Under the pieces are notes generated by a model. The model saw only the letters and a program-made list of their open reading frames with translations. It did not search any database and was not told where the DNA came from. A program made the translations under genes and the position numbers. A DNA stretch of 63,989 nt, counting the filler, from Phoronis australis (taxonomy: Eukaryota; Animalia; Phoronida), in NCBI GenBank assembly GCA_002633005.1. It is 10 parts of 10 records of this genome, joined end to end, with 100 filler letters (N's around TTAATTAATTAA, not from the genome) between each part and the next. Parts side by side here need not be neighbours in the genome. Positions count along the whole stretch, not along the records: positions 61,734 to 63,989 come from NMRA01002111.1; 9 more parts are not named here. The stretch is one strand, 5' to 3'. Positions 61,634 to 63,989 of this stretch are shown here, piece by piece. Positions within the stretch are counted from its first letter, which is position 1. Every line of letters begins with the position of its first letter.

Positions 61634-63212
61634 NNNNNNNNNNNNNNNNNNNNNNNNNNNNNNNNNNNNNNNNNNNNTTAATTAATTAANNNNNNNNNNN
61701 NNNNNNNNNNNNNNNNNNNNNNNNNNNNNNNNNTTTTGCCACCCGTTTATGAGGTAGAGCATTTTGCACAAGAACATCTTGCTCCCTGTCAATTATTTGT
61801 CTAAAAGCGAAACTGGGGCAAGGCGGAAAGGATAATCTCTACCAAGCTTGAGCAATGACCTAAATACGGGTTCTCTGTCTCTTCAAATCTCGTCATTTGT
61901 AAACCTGCGCATGTGTGATTCACTCGCCAGCCTACAATTTTCGTCTTGCCGCAGTTAGTGAGTTGTGTGTGTAAAAGGACGCTTGACACCGATCAGTTTG
62001 CGCAGGGTCAAAAGTTGATGTCTAAACGAGACTTATGTTTATTGTTAACAAGTGAGGACATGGTAGCTGGGTTCTTTGTCGACAAAATCACAGTCACTTA
62101 CCATTCCTTAGTTTCCCTCCTCAAATTCAACTAATTCTTTCTTGATTTAATTTCTTGACTTGGCAAAAAACAAATTCCTGAGCTAGTTTTCAATTCAGAA
62201 CGAGTTTAACCCAGCCAAGAGCAAACCTTGTTCATTACATGGTGAAATGAAGTTCTGTTGCTTTGCAATAAAATGCGTTGATTTGTTTGTTTCTTTGATA
62301 GCACACCACAGGTCACATTTTAAGTCCAATAAACATGGAATTTACATACATCTTGTGAATGGCTCGAAACATATCATTTTTAGTTAAAATCGAAAGCAAG
62401 ACACCATTGCGGAGACCATTTGTTTTTGTTTGTGGAGCCACAGCTCTGCTGGTCCTGGATGGAGGGATTTTTCTGATTTTGTTCTTTGGACAGATCATTT
62501 CACAGGTTATCGGGAGTGTGCCATTTATTTTTCTCTAGGACTTACTGTTTTCAATGACTGCTTTCAAATTGTTTTTGTGCCATATCTTTGGTATACCTAG
62601 TCAATACATCTGTCTGAAACTAGTATCTGGATGAATCGTTTCAAGCGTTATCAGCATAGTGAAATTCGACTTACCGTTCTCGAGATATTCGCGATTTGCT
62701 GATCAAATGACTATTCTGTTTTGACTTATTTCTAGCTGCACTTCATTGGTAGAGATTACGTTCTGCGTGAAATTTAGTACAGTGTTTATCTAGTCAATAA
62801 CTAGAGTACCTTTGTTTAAGGGTGATATCGGATGCAAGATGGTGCTGTGACAGCCAGTTTTTGATTCACATAACGTGGAATAGTCGTGAGGACTTGACTC
62901 GGACCTCAGGAGTCTAACGCTCCACCGGCTTATCTACACTAATTTGAAAAGGCTTTGTCCAGTCACGCATTGTGGGTCATAATGCAAGTCATGTTTCTTC
63001 AGGCAGCTCTTATCACCAGATCATCTGCTTCACGGGCACTAAAATGTAATCGGCTGTGATCCTAGACCGTCCGGAGTTGCTCCATTGACAACTCAGGATG
63101 ATCTCTAACCATAATTTAACGTTACCTGTTAGAGGTCCTACCTCCACGATCCTTTGACCGAACTTGTCAAATAGGGTTTGCAAATAGTTCCCTTCACAGG
63201 TAATCAGCAATG

Positions 63213-63295
63213 CATGATTGGTTCTTGTTAAAAGTTATGGTTCATGACTTATTCATGATTGGTTCTTGTTAAAAGTTATGGTTCATGAGTTATTC
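63213..63295. repeat. 41-bp tandem duplication
   Basis: CATGATTGGTTCTTGTTAAAAGTTATGGTTCATGA(C/G)TTATT x2. Confidence 0.9.
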
Positions 63296-63989
63296 GAGGT
63301 TCCCCGATTTTATGATTATCTTTTATTGACTGATTTATCAATGCCCATTTAATGGCTTGTCATTTACTGTACATTGGTGTAACAGCCATTCAAGTCGTGT
63401 TTACTGATGTTCTTGAGCAGTTTCGTCGCCGACGTCAAATTTAAATTTTTATTTGATTTCACCAAGTGTTGCTCCTTAGAGCACTTTCGTTTCTATTCTT
63501 TGACCAATTCACCAGACATATATGCCCTTTTATAAATTCAGTATGTCAAATTTAGGTCGATTAGCTGTTACAGGCTACAATACATCGCTTACCGGACTAA
63601 TTTCATCATCCACTCACTGATAAACAGTTTTTACGTCGTCACAATGCATTCTACATTTAAAACTATCACTTAAACAGTGCTTACTTTCTACACTGCTTCT
63701 TTCTGTTTTTACATATCATCGACGAAGCATATGGCTACGAGAATTAAGGTGACTTCAACGAAGAATTCACGATAACAACAAAGTATTTCAACTTAAGTCA
63801 TGTGAATTAGGAAAAGACTAGTTCGAGACTGAGCAAAGCGCGTGAACTGGAGCTTGACACTTTCAAAATAGCATGAGAAGATATCAGGTGGAATTTGTAA
63901 GATTTGTGTCCCTTCGGCTTTTCGTTTGTCAACGCGAGTGATTTCATGTAACTTCCTCAAAATGGTACCCAGAGAGAGGTTAAGCTTGA

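Noticed and set aside
61734-63210. LINE C-terminal remnant or SINE head
   Set aside because: The motifs are too degenerate to support a call by eye.

Overview
AT-rich, repeat-dense draft genome sequence from an animal, probably a marine invertebrate (inference). Nine artificial 100-bp spacers (44 N + TTAATTAATTAA + 44 N) join the contigs, so adjacency across them is unreliable. The first 22 kb is almost all mobile DNA: a full-length frameshifted piggyBac, a pair of ~1.3-kb inverted Kolobok-like arms, and a Mag-type Ty3/Gypsy element nested in the LTR of an older Gmr1-like (INT-before-RT) element. Host gene fragments are KLHDC1/2-like exons, four WDR13 exons (with a U12-type intron), ORC2 5' exons at a bidirectional promoter, a RIOK1-like exon, an intronless METTL27-like methyltransferase, and two unidentified genes, one truncated by a Harbinger MITE. 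The most unusual structure is in ORC2 intron 1: a TRIM-like non-autonomous LTR element whose LTR carries a tRNA-like Pol III A/B box. That box has been hit repeatedly by other LTR elements and has also seeded a minisatellite. Other notable items are a palindromic twin-tRNA-like element and a LINE with a 2A-like peptide. All identifications are by-eye motif recognition, not database searches.
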